From positions 32,001-96,000 of the IMG/VR virus record IMGVR_UViG_3300032280_000659: a stretch of DNA of 64,000 nt; one strand, given 5' to 3'. The position numbers and the translations under genes are program-made. The notes beneath the pieces were generated by a model that saw only the letters and a program-made list of their open reading frames with translations, did no database searches and was not told the DNA's origin. Source of the DNA: a virus. Lineage: Duplodnaviria > Caudoviricetes. Positions within the stretch are counted from its first letter, which is position 1. Every line of letters begins with the position of its first letter. Positions 62,578 through 64,000 of the stretch are shown here, one piece after another.

Positions 62578-63458
62578 GACCTACAAAGTTTGAAGATATT
62601 ATTGGACAAGCAGATGTTGTCAAAAGACTGAAGATTCTTACTCATAGTTGTAAAAATTCAGAACAAGTTATTCCACATCTTTTAATTGACGGACCTCCTG
62701 GCCTTGGTAAAACCACAATTGCTGGAGCTATTGCATCTGAGATGGATGTTAATCTGTATACAGTTAATGCTGCTAATATCAGAAGCCCAAAGAATATTCT
62801 CCCATATCTAATGGGTATCGCACCAAGGTCGGTTTTGTTTATTGACGAGATTCACAGACTGCCTAAATTGGTGGAAGAATTTTTATATCCAGTAATGGAA
62901 GACTATAAGCTAGATATTGTTATTGAAAATAAACCTGAATCTATAGAATTACCAGTATTTACTGTTATCGGAGCAACTACTAGTGGTGGAAGCTTAAGCC
63001 AGCCGTTTTATGATAGATTTGTTATTAAGGAGCATCTGTCTTTTTATAATCCCGATGAATTAGCTAAACTGGCAGGATCGAACGCTAAAAAGCTTGGACT
63101 AATGATAAGCGATGAGTGTCTTTTGGAAATCTCAAAAAGAAGCAAAGGAACTCCAAGAATCTTAAATGCTAGGCTACAGTGGTATAAAAGTTATTTGGAT
63201 ATGTACCCCGAAGAAACTAATATAGATACGATCTTTGAAAGTCAGGGTATCGATTCAAATGGTTTTGATTGTAATGATAAAAAGTACATAAATATTCTAA
63301 AGAAGAATATAGGCAATCCACTAGGACTAAAAAGTTTATCTGCAATGTGTGGTATTGCTATGGAAACAATAGAGAATAGTATAGAGCCATACATGATCAG
63401 AATGGGATATATATCAAGAACACAAAAGGGCCGAGTAATATCGGATAAAAACATATGA
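62562..63458 (+). CDS. ruvB: Holliday junction branch-migration ATPase
   Basis: LRP..F.DIIGQ, GPPGLGKTT, FIDEIHRL, GATT, GTPRI, IEPY.I..G...RT.KGR. Confidence 0.95.
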   Translation: MRNSLRPTKFEDIIGQADVVKRLKILTHSCKNSEQVIPHLLIDGPPGLGKTTIAGAIASEMDVNLYTVNAANIRSPKNILPYLMGIAPRSVLFIDEIHRLPKLVEEFLYPVMEDYKLDIVIENKPESIELPVFTVIGATTSGGSLSQPFYDRFVIKEHLSFYNPDELAKLAGSNAKKLGLMISDECLLEISKRSKGTPRILNARLQWYKSYLDMYPEETNIDTIFESQGIDSNGFDCNDKKYINILKKNIGNPLGLKSLSAMCGIAMETIENSIEPYMIRMGYISRTQKGRVISDKNI

Positions 63459-64000
63459 GTCAATTAATCAAAGATAAGCATATTGCGCTAATCTCCCATA
63501 CAAAAACTTTACAGACAGACGAGAATGTTAATATGCTATTTTCCTCTCTAAAAGGAGACTTTAAAAGAGACTGGTTTGTAAAACACGCATATTTTTGCTT
63601 GCCATTAGTAATGGGAAATCAACATGGATTTATTCTTAAAAGCATACATGATATAGAGGTCACATGGAATGGAGGAGAAAACCCATCAGATGTTGTTATC
63701 AACTATATTGATAAAGACTATCATGATAAAAATATTGGCTTACAATCTATAAAAAGTCACTTCGGCATGGGCACAATTACTATTCAAAATACATTCTCCC
63801 TAAGGACACCATCCGGGATTAATCTAATGACAATTAATCCACCCAATTTGTATATTGATGGGCTTTATCACATGACTGCCGTTATAGAAACAGATAATCT
63901 AAGAAGAGATTTTACTTTTAATTTAAGACTAACGAGACCAAACTATACTGTTAAAATTAAAAAAGGAGATATTATTGGTTGCGTAATACCATACCCTAGG
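63455..64000 (+). CDS. DUF6065-like protein (partial, runs off window)
   Basis: KRDWF..HAYFCLPLVMGNQHG...SHFGMGTIT...LRTP...PPN...VIETD...FTFN. Confidence 0.65.
   Translation, partial: MSQLIKDKHIALISHTKTLQTDENVNMLFSSLKGDFKRDWFVKHAYFCLPLVMGNQHGFILKSIHDIEVTWNGGENPSDVVINYIDKDYHDKNIGLQSIKSHFGMGTITIQNTFSLRTPSGINLMTINPPNLYIDGLYHMTAVIETDNLRRDFTFNLRLTRPNYTVKIKKGDIIGCVIPYPR

Noticed and set aside
1-64000. Genome-wide TAG recoding (genetic code 15)
   Set aside because: Long genes are uninterrupted in the standard code, TAG ends complete genes (DUF932, rIIA), and only one internal TAG was found.
1-64000. Cellular chromosome or integrated prophage; retron, DGR or intron elements
   Set aside because: No housekeeping operons, integrase or host junction are present, and no reverse transcriptase or intron-split gene was seen.

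Overview
This window is a 64-kb piece of a large, AT-rich dsDNA tailed-phage genome. It holds about 150 short, tightly packed genes, essentially all on the + strand, and no structural genes. Recognisable genes cover nucleotide metabolism, repair and recombination (ThyX, UvsE/UVDE, ATP-dependent DNA ligase, an HhH glycosylase, an endonuclease VII-like protein, RuvB, a RepB/AEP-type primase-like protein and T4 rIIA/rIIB-like proteins). There are also three metallophosphoesterases, two PRTases, two kinase-fold proteins and scattered glycosyl- and methyltransferases. RNA genes are 10 tRNAs (including rare Ser-ACT and Ile-TAT and a short-armed Leu-TAA) and a tmRNA. A Planctomycetota-like host is inferred but not proven. 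The most striking unexplained structure is non-coding. (1) Five copies of an 82-bp element, each made of two 11-7-11 palindromes exactly 53 bp apart, separate promoter-led gene modules in the first 6.6 kb, like a cassette array. (2) Four copies of a fixed-spacing 46-bp tripartite motif lie at 6.7-9.9 kb. (3) A CGAT box recurs inside about 17 sigma70-type promoters, and there is a second, GGTGTA-type upstream motif. (4) Several structured ncRNA candidates occur, including a tRNA/tmRNA-like mimic right after rIIB. All protein calls come from motif recognition by eye; no database searches were run.
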